A stretch of 64,000 nt of DNA from Terracidiphilus sp. (GCA_035550015.1 DASZRJ010000015.1:73521-137520); one strand, 5' to 3'. Counted from the first letter of the stretch, positions 1 to 9,953 are shown. Notes: generated by a model from the sequence alone, not told the origin. A program made the numbers and translations.

Positions 1-1
1 G

Positions 2-280
2 ACTCACCTGCCCGAACTGGAAGCCCGCGTTACGGTTCTTGAAACATGTGCGCAGACTCTTCGCAACGATGAGGAGCCGGCTACCGCGCTCAAGGAGGCT
101 GCGTCTGCAGCGCACAAGCTTGCAGGCGTGCTCGGCACATTCGGCCTGCAACGCGGCACAGACATCGCCCGCAGCGCTGAATTGGCATGCGACAACTTCA
201 GCGGCGACAAGGCTGCGCTCGCACAATCGCTGGAGGCTATTACGAATGAGCTCCGTACCCTGCTCGCCAGCAAGGCTTAA
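2..280 (+). CDS. Hpt (histidine phosphotransfer) domain protein, 5'-truncated by window edge
   Basis: Manual translation of frame +2 is open to TAA at 278-280 and contains AAHKLAGVLGTFG, matching the Hpt phospho-His motif; helical composition. Not in the ORF track because no start codon is in the window. Confidence 0.75.
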   Translation, partial: THLPELEARVTVLETCAQTLRNDEEPATALKEAASAAHKLAGVLGTFGLQRGTDIARSAELACDNFSGDKAALAQSLEAITNELRTLLASKA

Positions 281-311
281 CTGCGGCTCGACCGGGTAAA
301 CTCAAGCCTGA

Positions 312-1718
312 GTGGCACGCGAAAAACAAATCGGCATGCAGCTTGGACTCACCTTCGATACACAGTCTCTCTCGCGGCACATCTGGGCCGTCAGCCAGAT
401 TGTGCGCACGGTACGCGAAATGGCTGAGACGGCCTTCCCCGATGTCTGGGTGGAAGGAGAGATCTCGAATCTGCGCCCCGCACCTTCAGGACATGTCTAC
501 TTCACGCTCAAAGATGCGGAAGCGCAATTGCCCGTGGTTCTCTTTCGCCGGCAAGCCATGCTGCTCCGCTTCCGGCTTGAAGACGGGCAGCACGTACTGG
601 TGCGCGGCCGCGCCAGCATCTACGAGCAGCGTGGTCAGTTGCAGCTTGTTGCCGAAACTCTAGAGCCTGTCGGCATCGGTTCCCTGCAGCTCGCCTTTGA
701 GCAACTGAAAGAGCGTCTCAATGCGGAAGGTCTTTTCAGCGCGGAGCGCAAGCGCCCGCTACCTGCCTTTCCGCGCTCGGTAGGCATTGTTACATCGCCC
801 ACAGGCGCCGTTATTCGCGATTTTCTCAACATCGTTTCGCGCCGCCATTCTGGCTTGAACGTCTGCCTTTATCCCGCAACTGTACAGGGTGAACAGGCGC
901 CCGAAGAGATCGAGGCGGCAATCGCCGCGCTGAATGCCGCCAACCTTGTCGATGTCATCGTCGTCGCACGGGGCGGCGGTTCTCTCGAAGATCTGGCAGC
1001 GTTCAACAGCGAACGCGTCGCGCGCGCCATCGCGGCTTCGCACATTCCGGTTGTGTCCGCAGTCGGCCACGAAACGGATTTCACTATCGCCGATTTTGTT
1101 GCCGATCTGCGCGCGCCAACCCCGTCGGCCGCAGCTGAACTTATTACTGACGCGCAGTACCGAATTGCCGAGCGAGTCCAGGACCTTTCAGAACGGCTTG
1201 AACGTGGAGTGCGCTACCAACTGATGCGCGCACGCAATCTGCTTGAACGTGTTGCCATCGCTCGTTCGGAGCGACGCATGACGGCGCTCCTGCATATCTC
1301 AGAGCAGCGACTCGACGATCTCTCCATGCGGCTGACTGATGCAATCGAGGAGTTGATCTTCGAACGGACATCGCAGATCAACCACCTTGAAAACAGACTT
1401 ATCATACGCGATCCACGCATTGGCATCGGGCTTGCGCAAACGCGGCTGCTCTCAGTCCGCATGCGGCTTGACCGTGCAGTCGAGCGCACCGTGCATGAAA
1501 CACGCTCGCGCTGGGATCGGCTGCATGCACAATTGCGTGAACTTTCGCCGCTGGCCGTGCTCGATCGCGGCTACGCACTCACCCAATCCGAGAGCGGCGT
1601 CATTCTTCACAGCGTTACACAAGCAAAGGCGGGAGACCGCATCGTCACGCGTTTGCGTGACGGTTCCCTCACCAGCATCGTTGAACATTCATCCAAGACC
1701 AGAAAGAGTAAGAAATAA
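312..1718 (+). CDS. xseA: Exodeoxyribonuclease VII large subunit
   Basis: N-terminal OB fold (VWVEGEISN, SGHVYFTLKD), ARGGGSLEDL, SAVGHETD, TPSAAAE, C-terminal LSPLAVLDRGY. Confidence 0.97.
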   Translation: MAREKQIGMQLGLTFDTQSLSRHIWAVSQIVRTVREMAETAFPDVWVEGEISNLRPAPSGHVYFTLKDAEAQLPVVLFRRQAMLLRFRLEDGQHVLVRGRASIYEQRGQLQLVAETLEPVGIGSLQLAFEQLKERLNAEGLFSAERKRPLPAFPRSVGIVTSPTGAVIRDFLNIVSRRHSGLNVCLYPATVQGEQAPEEIEAAIAALNAANLVDVIVVARGGGSLEDLAAFNSERVARAIAASHIPVVSAVGHETDFTIADFVADLRAPTPSAAAELITDAQYRIAERVQDLSERLERGVRYQLMRARNLLERVAIARSERRMTALLHISEQRLDDLSMRLTDAIEELIFERTSQINHLENRLIIRDPRIGIGLAQTRLLSVRMRLDRAVERTVHETRSRWDRLHAQLRELSPLAVLDRGYALTQSESGVILHSVTQAKAGDRIVTRLRDGSLTSIVEHSSKTRKSKK

Positions 1719-1722
1719 TCTC

Positions 1723-3084
1723 ATGAGTTCCTCCACTCGCAAACTCTTCGGAACCGACGGTATTCGCGGTGTTGCCGGCGAACCGCCTCTCGATGCAAAA
1801 ACTGTGTATGCAACCGGCCTTGCGTTGGCCCATTCCCTCCGGCGCCGTAACGCCACGCCACGTGTGCTGATTGGGCGCGATACACGAGAGTCGAGTCAGC
1901 AACTCACTTCCCTGCTCGCGGCCGGCCTTCGCGAAGCTGGCGCGGAAGTGCAGAGTGCGGGCGTGGTTCCCACACCTGCCGTTGCATTCCTGGCGCGCAA
2001 GCACGGCTTCGCCGCCGGCGTTGTGATCTCTGCATCGCACAATCCATGGCGCGACAATGGCATCAAGCTTTTCGGCGGAGACGGATACAAACTTCCCGAT
2101 GCGGTGGAACTCGGCATCGAGGACGAGATTCTGCATCATGCCGGACAAGTGAGCGCACCCGATTCAGCGGAGTTGCCAGTACTGGCGGATAATCCTCATC
2201 TTGCAGCCGATTACATCGACTTTCTGATTGGCACGGTACCTCAACTCAATCTGGACGGTATGCGCATCGTGGCGGACTGCGCCAATGGAGCAGCTTCAGC
2301 AATTGCGCCCGCTCTTTTCGAGCGTCTTGGAGGGGATGTAACCTTGCTCAACGTTGAGCCTACAGGGCGCAATATTAATGAGGGCTGCGGCGCATTGCAC
2401 CCTGGCTGGGTAGCTGCTGAAACGGCCACACGCAACGCGATAATCGGACTGAGCTTCGATGGCGATGCCGACCGCTGCATGCTCACCGGCGCCCACAACA
2501 ATGTGATCAATGGCGATGCCATTCTGCTGATGGCCGCGCGCGACATGCAGGCGCGTGGCCTGCTTACCGGCAATCTGGTTGTCGCCACCACAATGTCGAA
2601 CATGGGTCTTGAAGCTGCGCTTAAACGCTCAGGTATTCGCATGCTGCGCGCGCCCGTTGGCGACCGCTATGTGCTTGAGCAGATGCAGAAGAACAATGCC
2701 GCGCTGGGTGGCGAACAGTCCGGCCACATTCTTTTCCCTCATCTGGCTACAACCGGCGATGGACTCATGACCGCACTCGTCATTCTTGATTTACTGGCGC
2801 GCTCGGGCAAAAGCGTGGAAGAACTCACTGCAGACCTGAAGGTTTATCCTCAGGTGATTCTCAATGTGAAAGTCCGCGAAAAGAAACCCCTCGATACGAT
2901 TCAGGAAGTGGTTGCACGCATTCAGGCCGCCGAAAATGAGCTCGCAGATACAGGCCGTGTGGTAATCCGTTACTCCGGTACGGAAGCGCTGGCACGCGTG
3001 ATGATTGAGGCAGAGAGTGAAGAGGCGATGAATCGGCACGCGCAGGCAATCGCCGATGCGATACGATCGGAGCTTGGAATCTAG
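1723..3084 (+). CDS. glmM: Phosphoglucosamine mutase (start re-called to ATG 1723)
   Basis: KLFGTDGIRG, phosphoserine motif SASHNP, metal loop DGDADR, GGEQSGH, RYSGTE. ATG lies 4 nt after the xseA stop. Confidence 0.95.
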   Translation: MSSSTRKLFGTDGIRGVAGEPPLDAKTVYATGLALAHSLRRRNATPRVLIGRDTRESSQQLTSLLAAGLREAGAEVQSAGVVPTPAVAFLARKHGFAAGVVISASHNPWRDNGIKLFGGDGYKLPDAVELGIEDEILHHAGQVSAPDSAELPVLADNPHLAADYIDFLIGTVPQLNLDGMRIVADCANGAASAIAPALFERLGGDVTLLNVEPTGRNINEGCGALHPGWVAAETATRNAIIGLSFDGDADRCMLTGAHNNVINGDAILLMAARDMQARGLLTGNLVVATTMSNMGLEAALKRSGIRMLRAPVGDRYVLEQMQKNNAALGGEQSGHILFPHLATTGDGLMTALVILDLLARSGKSVEELTADLKVYPQVILNVKVREKKPLDTIQEVVARIQAAENELADTGRVVIRYSGTEALARVMIEAESEEAMNRHAQAIADAIRSELGI

Positions 3085-3095
3085 CGAATCAGACT

Positions 3096-5789
3096 CTATA
3101 AATCGCGCCAGTTTGGGCCGTATCCAAGATCGGCAACCAACGGAACACGCAGAGAAACTACACCCTCCATCTTCGCGCGAACAAGAGTCTCTACCTCGTC
3201 ACTTTCTTTCTCCGGGACTTCAAACAGCAATTCATCGTGCACTTGTAAAATCATCCGCGTCTTCAAACCGCGCTCTGAGATCTCGCGGTCGAGCGCAATC
3301 ATTGCCAGCTTGATCAAATTAGCTGCCGTCCCTTGTAGCGGAGTATTCACTGCCGTGCGTTCGGCGAATCCGCGCTGGTTTGGATTGCGGCTTTCAATGT
3401 CCGGGATGGGCCGCAACCGGCCGAACATGGTACGGACAATGCCATCGCGCCGTGTTGCTTCCAGAGTCTTTTCGATAAAGGCTTTTACGCCCTGGTAGCG
3501 TGCAAAATAGCGGTCAATATAAGCGCGCGCTTCTGCCTGCGGAATCCCCAGTTGCGCCGCCAGTCCAAATGCGGAAATGCCATACACGATTCCGAAATTT
3601 ACTGCCTTGGCGCGGTTGCGCGTTTCTTTGTCCATTGTTTCCGCAGGAACACCGAAGACCTCGCTCGCTGTGAGAGTGTGAATATCCTCGTTGTTCTGGT
3701 AGGCGCGCAACAATAAAGGATCTTCACTGAAGTGCGCCAGCAGCCGTAATTCAATCTGTGAGTAATCGGCGGAGAGGAGCCGTGTACCTGGTGCGGCGAC
3801 AAATGCCGCGCGAATCTCGCGTCCAAGCTCAGTACGAATAGGAATGTTCTGCAGATTGGGATTGATCGAGGAGAGCCGCCCGGTAGCCGTGGCAGCCGAC
3901 TGAAACGTGGTATGCACACGTGAATCCGAATCCGCGAGCAACGGCAGCGCATCCACGTAGTTTGATTTCAACTTCGACAAATGCCGGAACTCAAGAACAA
4001 GTTTAGGGACCTCATGCGTCTCGGCCAGTTGCTCCAGCACGTCTTGCGCAGTGGAAACACTCTTGGTTTTCCCTCGCGCGGCAGGAGCCGGCAACCCTAG
4101 GTGCGTATAGAGCACTTCGCCAAGCTGCTTGGGCGAATTGATATTGAATTGCCGGCCCGCAAGTTCGAAGATGCGGCTTCCAATCCGCCCCATTTCCGCA
4201 GCAAAGCGTGATGAAAGTCCAGCAAGCGCATCTTTATCGATACGGACGCCGCTGCGCTCCATGCGAAACAGCACAGGCGCAAGCGGAAGATCGATGTCGC
4301 GGTATACATTTGTGACTTCTGCCTTGGCTGCCTCATCCTGCAGGGTTAGCGCAAGTTTGCGCACCGCCGCAGCTGCTGCGGGCAATGATGCAGGCGGCGA
4401 CTCGTTGTGGCGCGCGGCTACATCCGCCAACGATTGTGTGGCGTGCGTGGGATTCAATGCATAAGAGAGAAGCATTGTGTCATCGACTGCTCCCTTAAGG
4501 GTGATACCCATCGATTCAAATGCGTGCAGAGCGAGCTTCCAGTCGTGAGTCTGCTTTGCGACAGATGCATCCTCAAGAAGCGCCCGAAGCTGCGTAGTCA
4601 ACTTCACCTTCAACGCCACCGCATCCGCTGCACACACCCCTGCCTGCGGCTGCGCTTTTTTCTCCGCCTTTTCCACCTCGTCAAGCAGAGAGAGCGTTGC
4701 ACCAGCTTCCGGTTCCCCCTCTTCGGATGTGTTCGCTTCGGCAGCCGCGTCCAACACAAATGCGAATCCTGATTTCCTTGCTGCCGCATAGAATTCGCTG
4801 AGCTGGGTCTCCGCAGGCTCCTCGATCAGCTCCACGTGAGCGGCGGTTCCATTCGCGCCAAGATCACGCAGCATCGAAGTAAATTCAAGCTCAGTGAAGA
4901 GCTCACGACATGCGGCGATGTCCGGCTCTTGTGTTTCAAGTACATGCAGATCCAAATCGAGCGGCACATGGCTGTCGATCGTGACGAGCTCTTTTGACAG
5001 TAGTACCGCGTCTCGATTCTGCTCGAGCGATTCTCGGTAGCTCTTTCGTTTAACTTCGGCTGCGCGGTTCAACACGGCCTCTACATTGCCAAACTGCACA
5101 ATCAGATCCACGCTCCCCTTATCGCCGATTCCCGGCGCACCCGGAACATTGTCCACTGAGTCTCCGCGCAGAGCCATTACGTCTACCACCTTCTCCGGCG
5201 GAACCCCGAGTACTTCACGCACCTTCTCAGGATCGAGAACAAGATTGTCCTTCTGCGGATTGAGAATCTTTACGTGCTCAGAAACAAGCTGCATCATGTC
5301 CTTGTCACCGCTTACGATGAAGACTTCATGCTTTTGTTCTGCCGCCTGTCGGGCCAGTGTGCCAATCACGTCGTCCGCTTCAAACCCCTCCGCCTCAAGA
5401 ATAGGAATGCGTAATGCTTCAAGCGCTTTGCGGATGTAAGGAATTTGCCGACGCAAATCTTCAGGCATGGCCTCGCGATTTGCTTTGTAACCGTCGTAGC
5501 TTACTTCTTCAAAGCTCTGCAGTCTGGCATTCCATTTGCGCAGAGTTCCAATGGCCTTGGCCTTCTCATCGCGGAATACTTCGCCACTTACGTCGAAGAC
5601 CGCGGCGAAGTACTTCGGCGAAAAGTCCTGCCGCAGCTTCTTGATCATGTTGACGAAGACATAGGTCGCGGCGGTCGGCAGTCCGGTCCTTGTAGACATC
5701 GGCCGCGAACGCTGCATCGCATGGTAGGCGCGAAAGATGAACGACATCGCGTCCAGCAGAAAAACTGGCGGTTTTTCTTGGTCAGGCAC
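3096..5789 (-). CDS. polA: DNA polymerase I (5'-3' nuclease + polymerase; proofreading domain degenerate)
   Basis: EADDVIGTL, SGDKD, GDSVDNVPG; polymerase motifs DYSQIELR, KAVNFGIVYG, QVHDELL. Confidence 0.98.
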   Translation of the reverse strand: MPDQEKPPVFLLDAMSFIFRAYHAMQRSRPMSTRTGLPTAATYVFVNMIKKLRQDFSPKYFAAVFDVSGEVFRDEKAKAIGTLRKWNARLQSFEEVSYDGYKANREAMPEDLRRQIPYIRKALEALRIPILEAEGFEADDVIGTLARQAAEQKHEVFIVSGDKDMMQLVSEHVKILNPQKDNLVLDPEKVREVLGVPPEKVVDVMALRGDSVDNVPGAPGIGDKGSVDLIVQFGNVEAVLNRAAEVKRKSYRESLEQNRDAVLLSKELVTIDSHVPLDLDLHVLETQEPDIAACRELFTELEFTSMLRDLGANGTAAHVELIEEPAETQLSEFYAAARKSGFAFVLDAAAEANTSEEGEPEAGATLSLLDEVEKAEKKAQPQAGVCAADAVALKVKLTTQLRALLEDASVAKQTHDWKLALHAFESMGITLKGAVDDTMLLSYALNPTHATQSLADVAARHNESPPASLPAAAAAVRKLALTLQDEAAKAEVTNVYRDIDLPLAPVLFRMERSGVRIDKDALAGLSSRFAAEMGRIGSRIFELAGRQFNINSPKQLGEVLYTHLGLPAPAARGKTKSVSTAQDVLEQLAETHEVPKLVLEFRHLSKLKSNYVDALPLLADSDSRVHTTFQSAATATGRLSSINPNLQNIPIRTELGREIRAAFVAAPGTRLLSADYSQIELRLLAHFSEDPLLLRAYQNNEDIHTLTASEVFGVPAETMDKETRNRAKAVNFGIVYGISAFGLAAQLGIPQAEARAYIDRYFARYQGVKAFIEKTLEATRRDGIVRTMFGRLRPIPDIESRNPNQRGFAERTAVNTPLQGTAANLIKLAMIALDREISERGLKTRMILQVHDELLFEVPEKESDEVETLVRAKMEGVVSLRVPLVADLGYGPNWRDL

Positions 5790-5884
5790 GATACAGAGTG
5801 TATCAGCGGCGACTTCACTGTTAACGGAATCGTCTTTGGCTAAATCGAAATACTCATCAGGTTGAGTAGTACTTCATTAGCCTT

Positions 5885-7231
5885 CTACGAACGTTCCTGG
5901 AGGCCCACGTTTGCCTCTGTCTCTTCTGCAGTATGCGGTTGGCGTGACCAGCGCAAATAAGCAGCAAGATAAAGAATGCCTGTTCCGAGCAACAGAAGCG
6001 GTATCGGCCTGTCGAGCACAATAACCACAATCTTATTTAAATTTCCGGTTGTAGAAGCGAGAACAGGCCGAATCATGTGTTCGCGGATAGCTGTTGGAAT
6101 ATCCCCATTGATAAAGATCGCTAAAGTGGTTAACGTAAGCGCACATTTACCCAGAATGCCTCTTCGCGACCACAGCAAAGCACAGGCTGGGATACAGAGC
6201 AAGAGCATCCGAGCATCGTCCTGCCGATGGTACACGGGCAGCAGAGTGAGTGCCGAAATAGAGGCAAGCGCAATCCATGCTCCCTCAAGATTATCTCGCG
6301 CGCGAACCACCAGAACGATCCACGCGATGACAAAGGGGGCAATAAGGAAAATACTAGCCAGGTTATAGAAACCCGGCTCGTCCCATAGAACGCTGAACTC
6401 TGTCTGCATGTCCACGATGAAATCCGCCGAATAAGCGGAAGATGATTGCGGTCCAGGGTCGTTGATATCGCCCTGCGCCGTTGTAGCAGTCAGGTTGCGA
6501 TGTATTTCAGAGGGCCAATGCGGAGCCACGCGGCTCATCCAAAGAACACCGGGCAAACCGAACAGGATCGTTAACAGCAACACATACCAAGCTCGTTTGC
6601 GATTCAATGGGGTGCTCAACAGAAAGTACAACCAGATTAAGCCTGCATCATGCGGTTTGATAAGTAGACCAATTGCCAGACATACAAGCCCAACCCAGAC
6701 AAATCGATTGCTCAAGAGCAAACAGGCCGAGATTGCGATCATGGCAACTACCAATCCCGCTGTATTCCCCACATCAACCAGCATGATACTGGTCAAGAGA
6801 AACATACAAAGGAGCGTGGCGGAAATTAATGGCGCATTGTGTGCCGTGTGCCACCATATTACATAGGACGCGGTAACCAGCCCCAGTGCAAGAACTGCCA
6901 CCCATACAACTCGCGCAATATTCCAAGGAAGAAGAGCAAATGGGGCAATCACGATAAGGCCGGTCGGGAGATTGATGTAGGTTGTAACAACGCTCCTCTG
7001 TTTGGCGTCATCTTCGGTGCGATCGCCACCCTCTTCCCTGTAGACACGCAGAAATTCGTGCTCATCATACGGGTTTACACCTTGCATCAGGCAACGCGAC
7101 GCAAAATAGACTGCCTTGAAGTCCACAAACGCTGCAGACGGTGTCATAGCCATCGCCAGGCTGGCTAAGAGAAAAAGCACAGAACCAAGCGAGAGAAGGG
7201 TGATTCCGTCCCGTCGTGCACTTGCTGTCAT
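5885..7231 (-). CDS. Multi-pass membrane glycosyltransferase, GT87/DUF2029 (GT-C fold), paralog A
   Basis: DFKAVY near N-terminus, NPY, INLPT, KPH, about 10 hydrophobic segments; typical GT87/DUF2029 layout. Confidence 0.75.
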   Translation of the reverse strand: MTASARRDGITLLSLGSVLFLLASLAMAMTPSAAFVDFKAVYFASRCLMQGVNPYDEHEFLRVYREEGGDRTEDDAKQRSVVTTYINLPTGLIVIAPFALLPWNIARVVWVAVLALGLVTASYVIWWHTAHNAPLISATLLCMFLLTSIMLVDVGNTAGLVVAMIAISACLLLSNRFVWVGLVCLAIGLLIKPHDAGLIWLYFLLSTPLNRKRAWYVLLLTILFGLPGVLWMSRVAPHWPSEIHRNLTATTAQGDINDPGPQSSSAYSADFIVDMQTEFSVLWDEPGFYNLASIFLIAPFVIAWIVLVVRARDNLEGAWIALASISALTLLPVYHRQDDARMLLLCIPACALLWSRRGILGKCALTLTTLAIFINGDIPTAIREHMIRPVLASTTGNLNKIVVIVLDRPIPLLLLGTGILYLAAYLRWSRQPHTAEETEANVGLQERS

Positions 7232-7249
7232 GCCTGTCCTTGAATGTGG

Positions 7250-8038
7250 TTATGAGCGATGAGGCATCTGCGCGTAATAGTGAGGAGCAACTTTTCGACC
7301 ACTAGCTACATAACGCGGCGATTTTCTCAAGCCCATCTTATGTGCCACAAAATCGAACGTGGTACTAATTACTCCGAATCCATAAGTCATGCTTCTCCTG
7401 AAATTGATAGAAGACGCTTCCTTGAAATATTTGGTTGGACATGAAATCTCTCCAAGCCGGAAACCGAACATCACCGCCTGGGCAATCATCTGATTATCGA
7501 AAACAAAATCATCGGAGTTTTCCAACAGCGGCAGGGTCTCAAGAAGTTCACGAGAGAAGGCGCGAAATCCCGTATGGTATTCCGACAACTTCACACCCAG
7601 AAAGAGATTTTGGAAACCGGTTAGGAACCGATTCGCCACGTATTTATAACGCGGCATCCCGCCTTTGAGAGCTCCGCCGCCAAGAATACGCGAAGCCAGA
7701 ACCATGTCATACAGGCCGCTGGCAATCATGCTTGCCATTGCTGGAACCAGCAACGGAGTGTATTGATAGTCCGGATGAACCATCACGACGATATCAGCGC
7801 CCGCAGCGAGCGCTTCGCGGTAACAGGTCTGTTGATTGCGCCCATATCCGTAGTTGGAATCATGAACAAATGTTTGTACTCCCAGCTTTCTGGAAAGTTC
7901 AGCCGTTTGGTCTTTGCTCGAGTCATCAACGAGGATCTTGATGTCCACCAAGTCTGTCAGTTCATTCACCGTGACTTCGAGAGTCTTTTCGGCGTTATAC
8001 GCCGGCATCACTACTGCGACTCGTTTGCCGTTAATCAT
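7250..8038 (-). CDS. GT2 glycosyltransferase, polyprenol-phosphate-sugar synthase (DPM1-like)
   Basis: [38 protein letters not shown]; soluble 262 aa. Confidence 0.85.
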   Translation of the reverse strand: MINGKRVAVVMPAYNAEKTLEVTVNELTDLVDIKILVDDSSKDQTAELSRKLGVQTFVHDSNYGYGRNQQTCYREALAAGADIVVMVHPDYQYTPLLVPAMASMIASGLYDMVLASRILGGGALKGGMPRYKYVANRFLTGFQNLFLGVKLSEYHTGFRAFSRELLETLPLLENSDDFVFDNQMIAQAVMFGFRLGEISCPTKYFKEASSINFRRSMTYGFGVISTTFDFVAHKMGLRKSPRYVASGRKVAPHYYAQMPHRS

Positions 8039-8125
8039 GGCGAACTCCCGCTCTCAACATCATTTCTATATGCCTTGGACGGCACTCCGAATATGCTTCT
8101 GTTTCTCTCGTCATGAAATCGAGAA

Positions 8126-9454
8126 TCACGAAGCACACCCCTTTGCCGAGGACCTTTCTCTCAGGAGCCACAAGTAGAAGGCTGCGAAAAAGAGTATGCA
8201 GACTGGAACAGGATTCTCAATTAAGGCAAGGAAAAACCTACTCCCTGTGAAGGCTGTCATACTTTGCAGCTTTTCAGCAAAAATCGCAATAATTGCTCCT
8301 GGAATGTCCGCGCTCGCAGTGAGAAGACACACTGTCAAAACGAGGGCTACTGCCCGGTAGCGGTGTGTCTTTTCCCAGAGTAATGCACAAGCAGGAATGA
8401 TGAGAAGCAGTAACTTTGCATCGTATTGCCTGTGGTACACGGGCAGCAAAGCGAGCGGAACAAGGCTCGCCATTCCCAACCAAAGACGTTCACTGGGATC
8501 TGGCGCTTTATGGAAGTAGTAACACCATGTGGCCAGGAGTAGTGCGGATAAGCCCATCGAAATCGAATTATAGAATTCAGGGTTATCATCAAAATTTGAG
8601 AGTAAAGTCTGCAAACTGATGATCCTGTTTACTCCATGATTTCCTGTTGACTGCGGTCCCGGGTCATTGATTCCACCTCTGGCGGAAGTCTGAGCAATGT
8701 TGCCCCTCCAATCCCTCAACCATTCTGGTGAAATTCGACTGATCCAGCCAACAGAAAGAACACAAAGAAGGAATGCAACGCTGAAAGCCTGAAGAGCTCT
8801 TTTGCGATAGTGCTTATCTACCAGCATACAGAGAAACCAAAGTACGCCTGCGACCTGTGGCTTCAAGGCCAGACCTATCGCCAAAGCCAATACTCCAGCA
8901 GCTTCAAGATACTTCTTTCGAAAACTCCAAAATGCAAAAATACTCAGTCCGATGACGCATGCGGAGATATTGCCCATTCTGTATAGGCTCTGACAATTCG
9001 CCATCAAAAATGCGATGAGGAAGAGTGACAAACGCGGTGAAAATTCGCCCGCCATCTTCCACACAAAGAACGCGCCCAAGGACATTGATGCAAACTGCAG
9101 AAAAATCCAGATGGCTGACGCGCTTGCCCATCCCAACCAAGTGAATGGCAAGACAAAAAGCAATGTTGTCGGGGGATTTACACAGATTGGAATTCCCTGA
9201 AGAAAATTTTGCAAGTCTCTCGGGGTTGTCGGAAATTCGCCATTTTCAACTTTGTAGCGGGCAAGAAATACCGCTTCGTTGTATGGGTTTTCGCCAGAGA
9301 CTGCACAGCGCGCAGCATAATACACGGCTCGAAAGTCAGGTAATCCAGCGATTCTGGAATGTATTCCCCACAAAAGGGAACTAAGCCCAAAGATTAGAAT
9401 GACCAACGCAGCTGTACGGTCCGATACGCGATCGATTCGTGTGCGATTCGTCAT
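8126..9454 (-). CDS. GT87/DUF2029 membrane glycosyltransferase, paralog B
   Basis: DFRAVY, NPY, VNPPT, KPQ, INDPGPQS, LLPVYHRQYD; colinear with paralog A. Confidence 0.75.
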   Translation of the reverse strand: MTNRTRIDRVSDRTAALVILIFGLSSLLWGIHSRIAGLPDFRAVYYAARCAVSGENPYNEAVFLARYKVENGEFPTTPRDLQNFLQGIPICVNPPTTLLFVLPFTWLGWASASAIWIFLQFASMSLGAFFVWKMAGEFSPRLSLFLIAFLMANCQSLYRMGNISACVIGLSIFAFWSFRKKYLEAAGVLALAIGLALKPQVAGVLWFLCMLVDKHYRKRALQAFSVAFLLCVLSVGWISRISPEWLRDWRGNIAQTSARGGINDPGPQSTGNHGVNRIISLQTLLSNFDDNPEFYNSISMGLSALLLATWCYYFHKAPDPSERLWLGMASLVPLALLPVYHRQYDAKLLLLIIPACALLWEKTHRYRAVALVLTVCLLTASADIPGAIIAIFAEKLQSMTAFTGSRFFLALIENPVPVCILFFAAFYLWLLRERSSAKGCAS

Positions 9455-9608
9455 CGTTTGGCATAAATCAAATCAACTTGAAAGGATGAGTAGTCTCAAG
9501 TTGCATTCCGATTCAATCATGATACCGTCTTCACGCTTCTCTGTATCTTAACTTTTGCAGACAAGACCTTTCAGGCACCCACGCAGTAATCTCATGCCCA
9601 AATGCAAA

Positions 9609-9633
9609 CCGGGAACCGCTTTGCGGTTCCCGG
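9609..9633 (-). terminator. Intrinsic terminator after flp pilin
   Basis: Perfect 11-bp stem CCGGGAACCGC-ttt-GCGGTTCCCGG, 22 nt past the flp stop, followed by TTTGCATTT on the minus strand. Confidence 0.8.
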
Positions 9634-9655
9634 CTGATTTCTATTGCCTTGACGA

Positions 9656-9850
9656 TTAAACGTAGGAGTTAAGTGTGGTCGAAATCTTGTTGAAGGCAGC
9701 ATTGATGCCAGTGGCAAGTTGCGACATACCGGCAGTCGCGCCGAAAGCGATCAGAGCAACGACGAGTGCGTACTCGACGAGGTCCTGGCCTTCTTCACGA
9801 TCCTTGAGTTCCTGCAGCTTGATCAACAGCTTGAGGTACAGGTTATTCAT
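9656..9850 (-). CDS. flp: Flp family pilin (Tad major pilin)
   Basis: 21-aa leader ending EEG, then QDLVEY (Flp motif with E+5/Y+6) and a hydrophobic helix; 43-aa mature peptide. Confidence 0.96.
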   Translation of the reverse strand: MNNLYLKLLIKLQELKDREEGQDLVEYALVVALIAFGATAGMSQLATGINAAFNKISTTLNSYV

Positions 9851-9908
9851 GAGTAGAGTCCTTTGCGTGATTTGGGGGTCGGCCTGTGGCCGCGTTTGCT
9901 ATATTGAC

Positions 9909-9924
9909 TGCAATTCTTTTGCCA
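9909..9924 (-). promoter_or_regulatory. Sigma54 (-24/-12) promoter of flp
   Basis: Minus strand TGGCAAAAGAATTGCA: GG-N10-GC with TGGCA and TTGCA flanks, about 60 nt upstream of the ATG; a sigma54 activator is encoded in the locus. Confidence 0.75.
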
Positions 9925-9940
9925 AATCCAAAATTCTGTC

Positions 9941-9953
9941 TAATCAATTGATT
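9941..9953 (-). promoter_or_regulatory. IHF-consensus site upstream of the flp sigma54 promoter
   Basis: Minus strand AATCAATTGATTA matches WATCAANNNNTTR exactly, at about -43 to -55 from the predicted start site, in an AT-rich tract. Confidence 0.55.

Noticed and set aside
312-1718. xseA without adjacent xseB as a novel single-subunit ExoVII
   Set aside because: xseA and xseB are often unlinked; cannot be judged from one window.
1387-1722. 112-aa N-terminal extension of glmM in the ORF track
   Set aside because: Overlaps xseA; homology begins at ATG 1723.
9851-9900. GCAAAC...ACGCAAAG resembling a c-di-GMP-I riboswitch in the flp leader
   Set aside because: No GNRA-capped P2, wrong spacing, and the ~48-nt leader has no room for the second stem.
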